Part shown: positions 46,964 to 56,109 of the stretch, piece after piece
Numbering within the stretch: the stretch's first letter is position 1
Layout: each line of letters begins with the position of its first letter
NCBI GenBank assembly: GCA_052326485.1
Contig: JBKQMS010000031.1
Span: 16,904 to 80,903 of the forward strand
Source of the DNA: Thermoplasmata archaeon
GTDB taxonomy: Archaea > Thermoplasmatota > Thermoplasmata > Lutacidiplasmatales > UBA184
Direction of reading: 5' to 3'
DNA: 64,000 bases
Position numbers and translations under genes: made by a program
Notes under the pieces: generated by a model
Told to the model about the DNA's origin: nothing
Database searches by the model: none
The model's input: the letters and a program-made list of their open reading frames with translations, nothing else

Positions 46964-47838
46964 GGATCGGCCTCCACGCGAACCCCCGCAAGCCGGCGGC
47001 GATCGAGCTCGCCCGGCGGGCGGTCCACCTGATAAACGGTCGGGCCGAAGTGATCGTGAGCGACGAGTCGGCGGCCGTCGCCCCCGAGCTCCCCCACAAA
47101 CCGATGGAGGAGCTGGACCCGGACGTCCTCATCGCGATCGGAGGAGACGGCACGTTCCTCTACACGCTCCGGCGCTCGGACGCCCCGCTCCTTCCGATCA
47201 ACGCAGGGACCGTCGGGGTCCTCGCCGAGGTCGAGGCGAACCGACCGAACGAGTTCGAAGGGGCGATCGAGCGGCTGCTGAAGGGGTTCTACTTCCTCGA
47301 GGAGCGGATGAAGCTCGCCGCGCTGGTCGGAACGACCCCCGTGCCGGACACGACCAACGACTTCGTTCTCCACTCGGCCCAGGTCGGGAAGATGGGCCTC
47401 TTCGAGATCGCGTTCGATGGGCATGTCGCGGGCCAGATCCGGGCCGACGGCCTCATCGTCGCGAGCCCCACCGGCTCGACCGCCTACTCGCTGAGCTCCC
47501 TCGGCCCCATCGTCGACCCCGGGCTCGACGCCATCGTGCTCACCTCGATCGCCCCGTTCCGAGTCGAGGCCCGCGCGCTCGTCCTCGAGCCGCTGCGGAC
47601 CGTCCGGCTGCGGCCGATCAAGTCCGGGCGCGGCGCCGTGGTCATCGCCGACGGCCAGGACGAGTATCCGCTCCCCCTCGACTCCGCGCTCACGGTCTAC
47701 CGGTCCCCCCGGCGAGCGACGCTCGTTCGCTTCGGGTCGCGGTTCTTCCAACGTCTCCAAGGGAAGCGGATCCTTCCGTGGACGGAGGACGGGCCGGTAG
47801 GAGGACCGTCAGGTGCCGATCTTCCGCCCCGCCCGTAA
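46960..47838 (+). CDS. nadK: NAD kinase
   Basis: IGGDGTFL, INAGTVG, ND, ADGLIVASPTGSTAYSLS..GP; probable CTG start at 46960 overlapping the upstream TGA. Confidence 0.88.
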   Translation: MRIGLHANPRKPAAIELARRAVHLINGRAEVIVSDESAAVAPELPHKPMEELDPDVLIAIGGDGTFLYTLRRSDAPLLPINAGTVGVLAEVEANRPNEFEGAIERLLKGFYFLEERMKLAALVGTTPVPDTTNDFVLHSAQVGKMGLFEIAFDGHVAGQIRADGLIVASPTGSTAYSLSSLGPIVDPGLDAIVLTSIAPFRVEARALVLEPLRTVRLRPIKSGRGAVVIADGQDEYPLPLDSALTVYRSPRRATLVRFGSRFFQRLQGKRILPWTEDGPVGGPSGADLPPRP

Positions 47839-48346
47839 GCGGCCACCGGGCTCCCCTCGCCTCGGCGAGACGCCCCGGTCGATCACCCGGCGCGCGCTCG
47901 TCAGCGCCCTCGCGAGCGCCCGGTCCGCCTACCCGAACGAGTTCGGGGGCGTGCTGCGCGCCGACCCCCCCGGGATCATCAGCGAGCTGCTCCTCCTTCC
48001 CGGCACCACGGCGGGCCGGCGCCATGCGAACTTCCAGCTCTACATGCTCCCCGCCGACCTGACGGTCGTCGGAACGATCCACTCGCACCCGTCGGGGGCG
48101 CTCCACCCGTCGGACGCGGACCTCCGCCTGTTCCGGAGCTGGGGTCGGCGCCACATCATCGTCGGCACTCCGTTCGGACCGGGCTCCTGGCGGGCGTACG
48201 ACGGCAACGGGGAGGAAACGCGGCTCGAGGTCCGCGAAACGGTGGCTTCCCCGATCCCCAGCGAAGAGCTGCCCGAATACCGACCTCGGGCCGTGCACCG
48301 ACCCCTGCCGAGCGACTTGGGGAACTTTCCCGAGGACGAAGCCTAG
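47813..48346 (+). CDS. JAMM/MPN+ metalloprotease (desampylase-like)
   Basis: YPNEF, GTIHSHPSG..PSDAD (E...HxHx7Sx2D). Confidence 0.88.
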   Translation: MPIFRPARKRPPGSPRLGETPRSITRRALVSALASARSAYPNEFGGVLRADPPGIISELLLLPGTTAGRRHANFQLYMLPADLTVVGTIHSHPSGALHPSDADLRLFRSWGRRHIIVGTPFGPGSWRAYDGNGEETRLEVRETVASPIPSEELPEYRPRAVHRPLPSDLGNFPEDEA

Positions 48347-48372
48347 GACGGGGTCGCGGGCCGTCCGGTCCG

Positions 48373-49965
48373 CTATTCGCGCACGGGGATCGTCGGAACG
48401 GGCAACCGGTCCGGCGTGCGGGTCGGGTCCACGATCTCCCGCCCGGGCCGCTTGGGCTCGCTAATGAGCCCGTGCATCCCGGCGAGCATCTCGAGGAACG
48501 CGATGAACCCGCGGAACGAGCTCCGGTAGAGCTTCGTGTGGTGACCTTCCCAGTCGAAGAAGTCGTCCAGCATCCGCTTCGACTGCCGGAGCCCGTGCGT
48601 GAGCGCGCGCTTCAGGAGCACCTGCTGGAGGGGGCTCACCCGGTCCCGGCGGAACCAGTCCCGGGACTGGAGGTGGCCCAGCGGAACGAAGAACATCGGG
48701 ACGAGGATCGCCTTGAAATTCCACAGGTCGTCGATCAGGTCGATCGTCCGCTGGACGTCGTCCTCGGTCTCCTGGGGGAGGCCGACGATGAACGTACACG
48801 CCGGGAACACGTGGTTGTCGTTCATCAGACCCGCCGCCTGCACGACGAGCTCGGGCCACTGGGAGGCCTTGAACGGAGCGACCTTTCCCGGCATCGCGGC
48901 GGTGATCATGCGAGGGGACCCGGTCTCGACTCCGACCTCCACGCCCCACCAGTCCTGCTTGTCGTCGATCAGGACCTCGGCGCACTTCGAGAGGAGCTTC
49001 GGCTTGGTCATGAGGGTGGCCACGGCGACATGGCTCCACCCGACCTGCTGGTAGTAGCGCTTCGCGAGCTGGAGGAGCGGGATCAGCTTCTCCTCGTGCG
49101 GCATGATGTTCGGGCTCCCGTAGAACAGCACGTCGTCCGAGTGCAGGATCCCCTTACGGACCCCGATCTTCGCGTTGACCTTGAGCTCCTCCTCGATCTT
49201 CTCGAGGGGGTACCAGCGGGTCGGTCGCGTGGTGACCGAACAGAACGAGCAGCCGCGGCAGCACCCGCGGCCGATCTCGACGAGACCGTTCACGCTCGGG
49301 AACCGTATGGAGGGGATCTGCTCGACCTTCGGGGCCTCCTTCGGGCCGAGCACGACGTGCGGCGGGAGGAACTCATCGCGAAGCGCCTTTCCGACGATCT
49401 CCTTGGCGAACAGGTCCGCTTCGCCCTCGACGACGCTGTCGATGCCGCCGAAGGAGTCCACGAACTCCTGGATCCAGGGGAGCTTCTTCCGGGTCGCGGG
49501 CGCAAGTTGCCAGGCGCACGGACCCCCCGCGATGATCTTGAGGCCCCGCTTGCGGGCCTCGACCACGGCCGGCTGCCGGAGCATCCGCTTGAAGTTGACG
49601 CAGTTCAGGGGCTCCTTCTTCATCACGCCGGCGAACGTGGAGCTCGGAGGGTTGAGCCCGAAATAGTCGTGGCCCGAGATCAGGAGGACCTTCGCCTGGC
49701 CCGGCATGTACTTGTCGAGGTGGCTTGGATGGACGATCCGGGCGTCGAAGCCGGCGTCGATGAGGGACGCCTCGATCTTTCGCATCCCATAGGGGGCCTG
49801 GCGGGGGTAGCCGTTCTCGTCCACCGGCATGTCGGGGAAGAACAGCCGCTTGTACACGGTCTCGGGCAAGATGTAGGCGGGAGTCGTCGTTCCGAACCCC
49901 AGGAATTCCTTTCCGTGGTGGTTGCTCATCATCGTCCAGTCGCAGGTGATGACAACTTCGGGCAT
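48373..49965 (-). CDS. Radical SAM protein with B12-binding-like N-domain (archaeal COG1032-like)
   Basis: APYGMRKIEA, IIAGGP.AWQ, VEIGRGCCRGCSFC (CxxxCxxC), GVETGS, IVGLPQET..D. Confidence 0.9.
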   Translation of the reverse strand: MPEVVITCDWTMMSNHHGKEFLGFGTTTPAYILPETVYKRLFFPDMPVDENGYPRQAPYGMRKIEASLIDAGFDARIVHPSHLDKYMPGQAKVLLISGHDYFGLNPPSSTFAGVMKKEPLNCVNFKRMLRQPAVVEARKRGLKIIAGGPCAWQLAPATRKKLPWIQEFVDSFGGIDSVVEGEADLFAKEIVGKALRDEFLPPHVVLGPKEAPKVEQIPSIRFPSVNGLVEIGRGCCRGCSFCSVTTRPTRWYPLEKIEEELKVNAKIGVRKGILHSDDVLFYGSPNIMPHEEKLIPLLQLAKRYYQQVGWSHVAVATLMTKPKLLSKCAEVLIDDKQDWWGVEVGVETGSPRMITAAMPGKVAPFKASQWPELVVQAAGLMNDNHVFPACTFIVGLPQETEDDVQRTIDLIDDLWNFKAILVPMFFVPLGHLQSRDWFRRDRVSPLQQVLLKRALTHGLRQSKRMLDDFFDWEGHHTKLYRSSFRGFIAFLEMLAGMHGLISEPKRPGREIVDPTRTPDRLPVPTIPVRE

Positions 49966-50088
49966 GGACCGACCTCACCCCGAGGGGTAGGACAGGGCGT
50001 CCACGGGAATCCCCCTCTTATGGCTATCGAAGCTCCCGAAGCGACACTCGGTAACGCCTGAAGCGTTCGGAGCCGGCCCAAAAACCCC

Positions 50089-50349
50089 CTAGCCGAAGTC
50101 ACCCTCGTCGTCGTCCCGGGGCGAGACGCCGTCGAGCGGGTCGCCCATCTCCTCAGGGGGTTCCTCCATCTCTCCGCCCTCATGGAACGCCGGGTCGCGC
50201 TGTAGAAGATGGACCCGCACGCAGTCTCGGTGGGCGGGGGTCCCGTTCCAGGAGCTGGTCTCCTCCGGTTCGTCGAGCGGTTCCTTGCAGAGGCAGCAGA
50301 TCTCCGGGGGCGGACTGATCCAGGAGATACGCCGGGGAGCGGGCTCCAT
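50089..50349 (-). CDS. Small Zn-finger-like protein with acidic tail
   Basis: CLCKEPL...AHRDC (CxxC...HxxC), D/E-rich C-terminus; fills an otherwise empty gap. Confidence 0.6.
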   Translation of the reverse strand: MEPAPRRISWISPPPEICCLCKEPLDEPEETSSWNGTPAHRDCVRVHLLQRDPAFHEGGEMEEPPEEMGDPLDGVSPRDDDEGDFG

Positions 50350-50463
50350 CGGGGCCTCTCGTCACATATGCGGGAAGGTGTCCTTTACCTTTCGGAACGA
50401 CCCGTTCCCGGGCCGGCGGCTCCCCAGGAAAGACCCTTAACCCGGGCCGAGCGTCGACCCGAC

Positions 50464-51042
50464 GTGGACACCTTCACCGAGATCCGTCGCCGACGGGTCA
50501 CCCTCGGCATCTCGCTCGGTGAGCTCGCTCGGGCGGTCGGAAGGAGCGACGCGACGCTCTCTCGCATCGAGCGGGGGCAGATCCGACCGTCGTACGAGCT
50601 CGTCCAGCGCATCCTGGCCTACCTAGAGACCCAAGAAGGGCTCACCGCGCCCCGGCTCACCGTCGGGGAGCTCATGCACCGACCGCTGGTCACTGTCGAA
50701 CCGAACGCTACCTTGGCTACGGCCGCCCAACGGATGGAGAGCGGGGCGTACTCGCAGCTTCCTGTAGTGGACCAGGGTCGCGTGATCGGCTCGTTGTCCG
50801 AGTCCGCGTTGCTCCGGGCGCTCGCGCAATCGGCCGCGCATCGGGTCCGGGTCCGAGAGGTCCTCGAGCCGCCGTACCCCGTGCTCGACGAGGGCTTCCC
50901 CGCGGACCTCCTCCCCCCGCTCTTGGGGCGGTACCCGGCGATCCTGGTCGCCCGTCACGGGGACCTGCAAGGGATCGTTACCAAGGCGGACCTCATCCGG
51001 GGCCTCCGCGGGGCCTCCCTCCGTCGGGGCCCGAGCGGCTAG
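50464..51042 (+). CDS. Xre-HTH + CBS-pair transcriptional regulator (COG3620-like)
   Basis: LGISLGELARAVGRSDATLSRIERG..PSY; CBS motifs YSQLPVV and GIVTKADLI; CTTAA box about 25 nt upstream of the GTG. Confidence 0.9.
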   Translation: MDTFTEIRRRRVTLGISLGELARAVGRSDATLSRIERGQIRPSYELVQRILAYLETQEGLTAPRLTVGELMHRPLVTVEPNATLATAAQRMESGAYSQLPVVDQGRVIGSLSESALLRALAQSAAHRVRVREVLEPPYPVLDEGFPADLLPPLLGRYPAILVARHGDLQGIVTKADLIRGLRGASLRRGPSG

Positions 51043-51995
51043 GGCTCGGCGTTAGCGACCCGAACAGCGCCGAGCGAGGCCCGTACCGCGAGCTGAGCCG
51101 CGAGGAACCCCAGGCGATCAGCCTCCCCGCCCGCTCGGCCCGCTGAGAGCGCCGGGCCCACCGAGCCTGTCGAAGCCCCGAAGAGGACGTCTCCGTCCGT
51201 CGCGCTGTGGAACGGCGTGACCGTCGAGGCCAAGCCGGCGTGGGCCATAGCGACGACCCTCGCGAGCGTCGGCCGGTCCACGTCGAGGTCCGTGACCACG
51301 AGACCCAGGGTGGTGCCGGACGATGGGTCGGCCACCGGCGGGGCCGCCCCGGGGGGCGCGATCCGCCCGCGGTCGTCCCGCGCCCCGGCGACCCAGCGAC
51401 CCGTGCTCGGGTCCCGCACCCCCCCGATCGAATTCACGACGAGCAGAACTCCGAGCAAGCCGCGTCGCCCGACCCGCGTGGCGGCCGTGCCGATGCCTCC
51501 CCGCATCGCCCGTTCGCGTCCGAGGTACTTCCCGACCGTGGCCCCCGCCCCGGCGCCCACGCGCCCGACGGGGACTTCGTCCCGACTCGCTCGCCGCGCC
51601 GCCTCGTAGCCGAGGGGAAGGTAATCCGGTATCGGCCCTTTGGTTCGTGGTAGGTCGAAGAGCGCGGCCCCCGACACCGGCGCGACGAGGTTGGGGTTGT
51701 GGAACGCGCGGTGCCCGCCGCCGCGTTCTAGGACCCGAAGCCGAACCCCTCGCGCCGCGTCCAGGCCATAGAGGCTCCCGCCGGAAAAGAAAAGGGCCCA
51801 CCGGCGACCGAACGTCGAATCGAGCGAGAGCGAGGCCGTGTCGTAGGTCGCCGACGCGCCCCCCCGAACCTCCACCACGGTCGGGACGGCCGCATCGAAC
51901 AGGACCGCCGTGACACCGCTCGATGCCTCGGGATCCTCGGCGTGGCCGACGGCGAGCCCTGCCACCCGTGAGAGGTCGAGCGTCGATGGCGCCAC
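51039..51995 (-). CDS. DmpA/P1 (S58) family peptidase
   Basis: VGHA, VEVRGGA, FSGGSLYGLDAA.GV, GRVGAGAGATVGK, GTTLGLVVTD, PFH..DGD. Start uncertain. Confidence 0.85.
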   Translation of the reverse strand: MAPSTLDLSRVAGLAVGHAEDPEASSGVTAVLFDAAVPTVVEVRGGASATYDTASLSLDSTFGRRWALFFSGGSLYGLDAARGVRLRVLERGGGHRAFHNPNLVAPVSGAALFDLPRTKGPIPDYLPLGYEAARRASRDEVPVGRVGAGAGATVGKYLGRERAMRGGIGTAATRVGRRGLLGVLLVVNSIGGVRDPSTGRWVAGARDDRGRIAPPGAAPPVADPSSGTTLGLVVTDLDVDRPTLARVVAMAHAGLASTVTPFHSATDGDVLFGASTGSVGPALSAGRAGGEADRLGFLAAQLAVRASLGAVRVANAEP

Positions 51996-52083
51996 AGGGT
52001 CGGGAGGCGCCCCGTAGAAAAAGCGATTCCGCCCGGTTTGCGCGATGGGTTCTTGTATTCCATCGAAGGTGCCCCGCACCAGC

Positions 52084-52662
52084 ATGACCTCCCCTCGCCG
52101 AAAGCCGAGCGCGGAACCTCAGCCCCCGAAGGGCTTCCGGATCGCACGAGACCTACCGGTGGGCCGCCACCCGCTGCTCGCGGCGTTCCCCGGAGCGGAC
52201 CGGCTCCCGATCGCGGAGCGCCTGCAGTCGGACGCCGCCGCGCGCGCCAAGCTGTTCGATGAGACGTGCGTGCAGGTGGTCGACCAGGACCTCTGGATGT
52301 ACGTGGCACCGTGGGACATGCCTCCGGGCGCCCGACGCGAGTGGCGGCCCGTGCTCTCCCCCGGCTCCGACTGCATCGTGATCGGGAAGAGCCACCTTGC
52401 CGACAGCCCGCCGCTCGTGCTCTACATGGACATCTTCCACGAGCTCTGCCACGTTATCCAGCGGCAGGGGGGGGCGAACCTGTTCGCAGCCGGGAGCTAC
52501 GTGAAGCGCTGGACCGAGGTCGAGGCGTACCGGTTCGTCGTGAAGGAAGCGCGGACCCTCGGTGTCTCCGACGAGTTCCTCCGCGAGTACCTCCGCGTGG
52601 AGTGGATCTCGGAGGACGAGCACCAAGAGCTGCTCGCGAGCCTCGAGGTCCCTCTCCGCTAG
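52084..52662 (+). CDS. Hypothetical protein with HExxH zincin-like motif
   Basis: DIFHELCHVIQ...TEVEAY. Confidence 0.65.
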   Translation: MTSPRRKPSAEPQPPKGFRIARDLPVGRHPLLAAFPGADRLPIAERLQSDAAARAKLFDETCVQVVDQDLWMYVAPWDMPPGARREWRPVLSPGSDCIVIGKSHLADSPPLVLYMDIFHELCHVIQRQGGANLFAAGSYVKRWTEVEAYRFVVKEARTLGVSDEFLREYLRVEWISEDEHQELLASLEVPLR

Positions 52663-52714
52663 GTCTCTCGGGATCCGGCCGCCCCGAGGGGCGGACGGTC
52701 GCCCCTCCCGATGC

Positions 52715-54190
52715 GTGACGAACCGATTCTTTATCCCCCCGAACCCCGAATCGAACTGCCTACCGGGGGGGCACGACACGTCGATCGACATCAAGGCCCG
52801 CTCGATCCTTCGTCCCTCGACCAACGACCTCTGGTTCCTGGCCTATCTTCCGCTCGCCGTCTCGGACGGGATCGCCACCCCGCTCATCCCGCTGCTCGCG
52901 CTCCAGCACTTCGGCGCCAGCGCGTTCGTGGTCACGATCATCATCGCGGCGAGCGCGATGAGCCAGGTCCCGTTCACCATCCTGTGGGGGAACCTCTCCG
53001 ACCGCGTCGCGCACCGGAAGTACTTCCTCGTCGGCTCGTTCCTCGCGACAGGCGTGAGCATCATCCTCATCGCGCTCGCGAGTAACCTCATCACGTTCTT
53101 CTGGCTCAACGTCGTCGAGGGTCTCGCCTCCGCCGCAAGCGCGCCGATCGGGACGATGCTCCTGCTCGAGACGCGCCACAAGCGCTGGTGGCCGCAGGAC
53201 ATCGGCTTCTTCGGCCTCATCTCGGGGCTCGGCACGACCGCGGGGCTCGCCGTCGGCTTCGTCTGGCTGTTCGTGATCGGCTACTCCCAGCCGGCGATCT
53301 CGGCGATGACCGCGCTCCTGCTCGTCTCGGGAGTGCTCGCCCTGGTCTCCGCGGGGATCGCATGGGCGTGGATCGAGGAACCGACGGCCCGGGTCGAACG
53401 CAGGACGGTCTCCGGCTTGCTGAACCTCAACCGGGGCGTGGTCGAACGGTTCCGTCACGTCCGGGCCCGGATCTCCGGGCTGGTCGACCTCACTCGGTCC
53501 AGCGCCGAACGCCTGCCCGGTCGGGAGTACCTCTTCCTCGTGGCCCTCGGGGTGATGTGCGTCGGCTTCGACATCTTCTACGGACCGTTCCCGGTGTTCC
53601 TATGGCAGAACGCCCGATTCTCGGACGCGGGGGTCTTCATCGTCTACCTCGGCTCGTCGGCGGCCTCCACCGCCCTGTTCTTCCACTCCGGAAAAGCCGT
53701 CGACGCGCACTCCCCGAAGACGGTCTTCCTCGAGTCCCTCGGTGGCCGCGTCCTCCTGATGCTGCTGTTCTTGTGGGGCCCGATCTACGTCCTGTTCGGC
53801 TTCGGGACGCCAGCGCTGCTCGCCTGGCTCACGCTCCTCAACGCGCTCCTCGGCGTCACCTGGGCGTTCATCAGCACGGCGAGCACGCTCTTCCTGGTCC
53901 GACTGGTGGGCCGCTCCGCGCGGGGCCGAGCGCTCGGCCTCTACAACGCGATCGCGGGGGCGGGGAGCCTCATCGGGACCCTCCTCGGTGGCTGGCTCTA
54001 CGCCACGTACGGGGTGCAGTTCGCCTACTCGATCGCCGCCGTAACGGTGGTGATCGGCGCCGGCCTCCTGCTCCCGATCCCCTACCACATGTTCCAGTTC
54101 TCCCACGCCCTCCCGCATCGCCGCGGGCTCGGGCGCAACGCACGGGCCGTCGCTGGGCCCCCTCGAACGAGGGGTCGGTCCCGCGGGTGA
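52715..54190 (+). CDS. MFS transporter
   Basis: WGNLSDRVAHRK motif A, about 12 TMs, RGRALGLYNA. Start uncertain (GTG 52715 or non-canonical ~52778). Confidence 0.85.
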   Translation: MTNRFFIPPNPESNCLPGGHDTSIDIKARSILRPSTNDLWFLAYLPLAVSDGIATPLIPLLALQHFGASAFVVTIIIAASAMSQVPFTILWGNLSDRVAHRKYFLVGSFLATGVSIILIALASNLITFFWLNVVEGLASAASAPIGTMLLLETRHKRWWPQDIGFFGLISGLGTTAGLAVGFVWLFVIGYSQPAISAMTALLLVSGVLALVSAGIAWAWIEEPTARVERRTVSGLLNLNRGVVERFRHVRARISGLVDLTRSSAERLPGREYLFLVALGVMCVGFDIFYGPFPVFLWQNARFSDAGVFIVYLGSSAASTALFFHSGKAVDAHSPKTVFLESLGGRVLLMLLFLWGPIYVLFGFGTPALLAWLTLLNALLGVTWAFISTASTLFLVRLVGRSARGRALGLYNAIAGAGSLIGTLLGGWLYATYGVQFAYSIAAVTVVIGAGLLLPIPYHMFQFSHALPHRRGLGRNARAVAGPPRTRGRSRG

Positions 54191-54197
54191 GACCGCG

Positions 54198-54719
54198 CTA
54201 GCCGAACATCTCCCAGGTCAGGGTCCGGACGACGTACCCCAAGGCGAGATGGGCCAGGAACACTTCGAGGGCCGGGGGGTACTCCTCGATGACGCAGGAG
54301 CGGAACCCGAGCCGGCCCACGCCCACGGGATCGGTCCCCCGGAGCACGGCGAACTTCCCGGTGAGCCGCTCGTTGATCGTGTACTCGACCCCTCCGTAGA
54401 GGATCGTCATCGGTCCGAACGTCGTCGCCCGCGTCTTCCAAAGGTCCTCGCCGACCTGGATCCGGATCTCGTCCGCCTTCGCGCGGTAGGAGACGAGCGA
54501 CCGCCCGTCCGTCGCGGCGCTCGGTCGGTCGAGCACGTAGGCGGTCGAGAACAAGGCTGCGATCTTCGGATAGAGGCCCGGGCTCTCGGACTCGACGGGT
54601 CGTCCGGTCCAGGTCTCGGCACCGACCTCGACCTCGATGACGTTCTTCAGGACACGAGCCGTCGCCCGAATCATCGGCCGCTCGAAGGCGTACTGGCCAT
54701 CAGGTATTAATGGCGACAC
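54198..54719 (-). CDS. Hypothetical protein
   Basis: Fills the gap between MFS and truD; protein-like composition; no recognised motif. Confidence 0.6.
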   Translation of the reverse strand: MSPLIPDGQYAFERPMIRATARVLKNVIEVEVGAETWTGRPVESESPGLYPKIAALFSTAYVLDRPSAATDGRSLVSYRAKADEIRIQVGEDLWKTRATTFGPMTILYGGVEYTINERLTGKFAVLRGTDPVGVGRLGFRSCVIEEYPPALEVFLAHLALGYVVRTLTWEMFG

Positions 54720-54732
54720 CGGTCGGTGGCGC

Positions 54733-56034
54733 GTGACGGGCCTCGCTCCTCGGCCTCCGGCGCAGGACCGGGCGTTCGGCCTCGAGTTCTATCAGTCCCA
54801 CACGCCCGGGTTGGCGGGCCGGACCAAAGCCTCGCCCGACGACTTCCGGGTGACCGAGATCTCGAACTATCCGATGCCCGACCCGTTGGGGGCTTTCTCG
54901 GTGCTGAGGGTCCAGAGCCGCGACTGGGAGCAGCACGAGCTCGGCCAGGCGATCGCGCGGCGCCTCGGTTTGTCCTCGACCTCGGTCCAGTGGGCGGGCA
55001 CGAAGGACCGACGAGCGGTGGCGGAGCGCCTGCTCTCGTACCGAGGACCGCTTCCGAGCGGGGAGCTCGGACTCCCCCGCGTGGTCGTCCTCGACGCGTA
55101 CACGGCCCGGGACGGTCTCGTCCTCGGACACCACTTCGGGAACGCTTTCGAGGTCCGGATCGACGAGCTCGCCGTTCCGCTGACGGAGGCCCTAGCGACG
55201 TGCCGTGCCACGGAACGGGAGCTGAAGGACGACGGGTATTGGCCTAACTTCTTCGGACCGCAGCGGTTCGGCGAGGTGCGGCCGGTGACGCACGTGGTCG
55301 GGCGAGAAGTGGTGCGGGGCGACCTGGCCGCCGCGGTCGAAACGTACTTGGTCGCGCTCCCCCCGGGGACCCCGGACGGGATCGGCGACGCGGCCCGGAG
55401 GACCTACGCGGAAACGCACGACCCGGTCCGAGCCTTGAGGGAATTTCCGAGTCACTACCGGTTCGAGCGGGCGATCCTCGAGCGTCTCGCGAGAGGGGAT
55501 CCGGCCGAGCGCGCCTTCCGCGCCCTTGACCGGGAGCTTCGCCTTCTGTTCGTTCACGCGTTCCAGGCGCTCCTGTTCAACCGGTGGACGAGCCGCCGAC
55601 ATGCGGAGGGGCTTCCGCTCGACCGCCCCCTGCCGGGGGATCGCATCCTTAGGCTCGGCCGCGACGGTACGGTCCGCAGCCAGGAAGGGATCCCCGTCTC
55701 GGCGGACAACGAGAGGGAGTGCGCGGAGCTCGTCGAGCGTCGCGGGGCGCTCCTCGCGGGACCGCTCGTCGGCTACGAGACCCCGAGCGCCGAGGGCCCC
55801 GCCGGAGCGATCTTGGAGGAGCTTCTCCGCGAAGAGGGCGTCGACCGCGCGATGTTCCGCGTCCCGGCCGCCCCCGAGGTCGCGAGCCGAGGCGCGTGGC
55901 GTCCCGCGGTCCTTCCGGTCCCCCCGCTCGGACTGAGCGCGGAGCCGACGGGTCTCTGGTTCCGTTTCGCGCTCCCGAAGGGGGCGTACGCCACCGTGCT
56001 GCTGCGCGAGTTCCTGAAGACCGGGGCCGAATAG
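54733..56034 (+). CDS. truD: tRNA pseudouridine(13) synthase
   Basis: DFRVTEI, WAGTKDRRAV, GNAF, PNFFGPQRFG, LFVHAFQALLFN, FALPKGAYATVLLREF. Confidence 0.95.
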   Translation: MTGLAPRPPAQDRAFGLEFYQSHTPGLAGRTKASPDDFRVTEISNYPMPDPLGAFSVLRVQSRDWEQHELGQAIARRLGLSSTSVQWAGTKDRRAVAERLLSYRGPLPSGELGLPRVVVLDAYTARDGLVLGHHFGNAFEVRIDELAVPLTEALATCRATERELKDDGYWPNFFGPQRFGEVRPVTHVVGREVVRGDLAAAVETYLVALPPGTPDGIGDAARRTYAETHDPVRALREFPSHYRFERAILERLARGDPAERAFRALDRELRLLFVHAFQALLFNRWTSRRHAEGLPLDRPLPGDRILRLGRDGTVRSQEGIPVSADNERECAELVERRGALLAGPLVGYETPSAEGPAGAILEELLREEGVDRAMFRVPAAPEVASRGAWRPAVLPVPPLGLSAEPTGLWFRFALPKGAYATVLLREFLKTGAE

Positions 56035-56109
56035 CCTTCACGCCCGCGCCTCGAAACGAGGCTACTAATAGTCGACGTTCGGGTGGTCCACCGCCGAGAA
56101 CGGACCATC

